A DNA stretch of 17,604 nt from a candidate division WOR-3 bacterium (lineage in GTDB: Bacteria > Hydrothermota > Tepidihabitantia > Tepidihabitantales > Tepidihabitantaceae): assembly GCA_965649205.1 (NCBI GenBank), contig CBFGJV010000033.1:1-17604 (forward strand). The letters are read 5' to 3'. Shown here piece by piece: positions 16,845 through 17,604 of this stretch; position 1 is the first letter of the stretch; each line of letters begins with the position of its first letter. The translations under genes were made by a program, and so were the position numbers. Below the pieces are notes generated by a model. That model was not told the DNA's origin. It did not search any database and saw only the letters and a program-made list of their open reading frames with translations.

Positions 16845-16872
16845 ATTCTAGAGTAAACCACAAAGTTGTCAA
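16845..16872 (-). promoter_or_regulatory. Promoter of the tRNA-Phe-rpsT-glycosylation operon
   Basis: Minus strand TTGACA(16872-16867)-N16-TAGAAT(16850-16845), 10 nt before the mature tRNA 5' end. Confidence 0.8.
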
Positions 16873-16970
16873 CCAGTCCTGCCATTATGAAGCTTTCAGC
16901 GTTATTCTGATGTCGCGGCGGGGAGTTCTTATTTGCCAGTAATTCACACAGCGCTAAGAGAAAATTAAGC

Positions 16971-17000
16971 TTGACTAACAGTGCAGGCTTTGGCTAAAAT
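16971..17000 (+). promoter_or_regulatory. Possible promoter of the terminal secreted-protein gene
   Basis: TTGACT(16971-16976)-N18-TAAAAT(16995-17000). Confidence 0.45.
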
Positions 17001-17101
17001 TACTTGCACTCAGGTATGTGCGCGGTTTTTTTAGTTCGGCAGAGTCTTGCGACCCGCCATGCCGGCATAGAGGTCGAGAAACCCAAAACCAGGAGGTCTG
17101 G

Positions 17102-17604
17102 ATGTTCGTACGTAACGTTACCAGCATAATTGTCAGTTTGTGCGTGGTCGGTCTTGCGACATTGGCTTTCGCCACAATAAACCAGAGTACAAATGGCGGC
17201 GGAAACTGGACAGACCCTACTAAATGGAGTCGAGGGGTAGTTCCGACATCAACAGATACGGTTATCATCACCGCAGGAAATCCTATTACTTTCAACGCAA
17301 CCTCTGCGGTTACGGTAGCCCGGCTGGAGGTGAATGACGGAGCGACTTTTACAGTTTCGGCTAACTATCAGTTGACTTTGAATCCTTCGTCGTTTCTGGA
17401 TACAGCACTGTGGATAAAGAGTGGCGGGACGTTGATACGTACCAATACGGCTTCCATAGTGGTGAATGCCGGTTTCTTGAACCAGGGCACCTACACAGCC
17501 ACAGCTGCGGCTAGTCCGCTGACAGTGGGTCGGACGACAGGTGGTGGCACTTTTGAGAACTCCGGGATATTTGACAACCGGGGCAATGGTGCTCTGACTT
17601 TCTA
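17102..17604 (+). CDS. Secreted beta-strand-rich surface/adhesin-like protein, N-terminal part (runs off the right edge)
   Basis: SD AGGAGG 17091-17096, ATG 17102. Manual translation MFVRNVTSIIVSLCVVGLATLAFA|TINQSTNGGGNWTDPTKWSRGVVPTSTDTVIITAGNPITF... is open to the window end. Signal peptide plus the GNW.DP..W..G.VP...D.VII cap motif seen in G8-like/beta-helical exported proteins. Confidence 0.8.
   Translation, partial: MFVRNVTSIIVSLCVVGLATLAFATINQSTNGGGNWTDPTKWSRGVVPTSTDTVIITAGNPITFNATSAVTVARLEVNDGATFTVSANYQLTLNPSSFLDTALWIKSGGTLIRTNTASIVVNAGFLNQGTYTATAAASPLTVGRTTGGGTFENSGIFDNRGNGALTF

Noticed and set aside
1..17604. CRISPR array, IS element or prophage
   Set aside because: No regularly spaced repeats, transposase or phage genes seen.

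Overview
Core-chromosome window of a bacterium. It is probably an FCB-associated lineage such as candidate division WOR-3; this is inferred from protein architecture and not proven. From left to right: the 5' part of a type III-like DNA methyltransferase (mod) gene missed by the ORF track and interrupted by one in-frame TAG; a GT4 glycosyltransferase; a secreted multidomain S8 protease downstream of a TrmB-family regulator; a crotonase-thiolase-tsaE-glnA run; an unexplained 443-bp G-rich/palindromic gap; a minus-strand operon tRNA-Phe-rpsT-GT4-UPF0104 flippase-like-YfhO GT-C-SAM methyltransferase; and the start of a secreted beta-rich protein. Main observations: (1) six promoters share an exact TTGAC(A/G/C)-N16-TAnnnT geometry, and three appear to give leaderless mRNAs; (2) the protease is rich in Bacteroidota-type D-(S/T)-hydrophobic O-glycosylation sequons and a candidate glycan assembly/flip/transfer operon lies in the same window; (3) tsaE probably starts at CTG; (4) mod is amber-interrupted.
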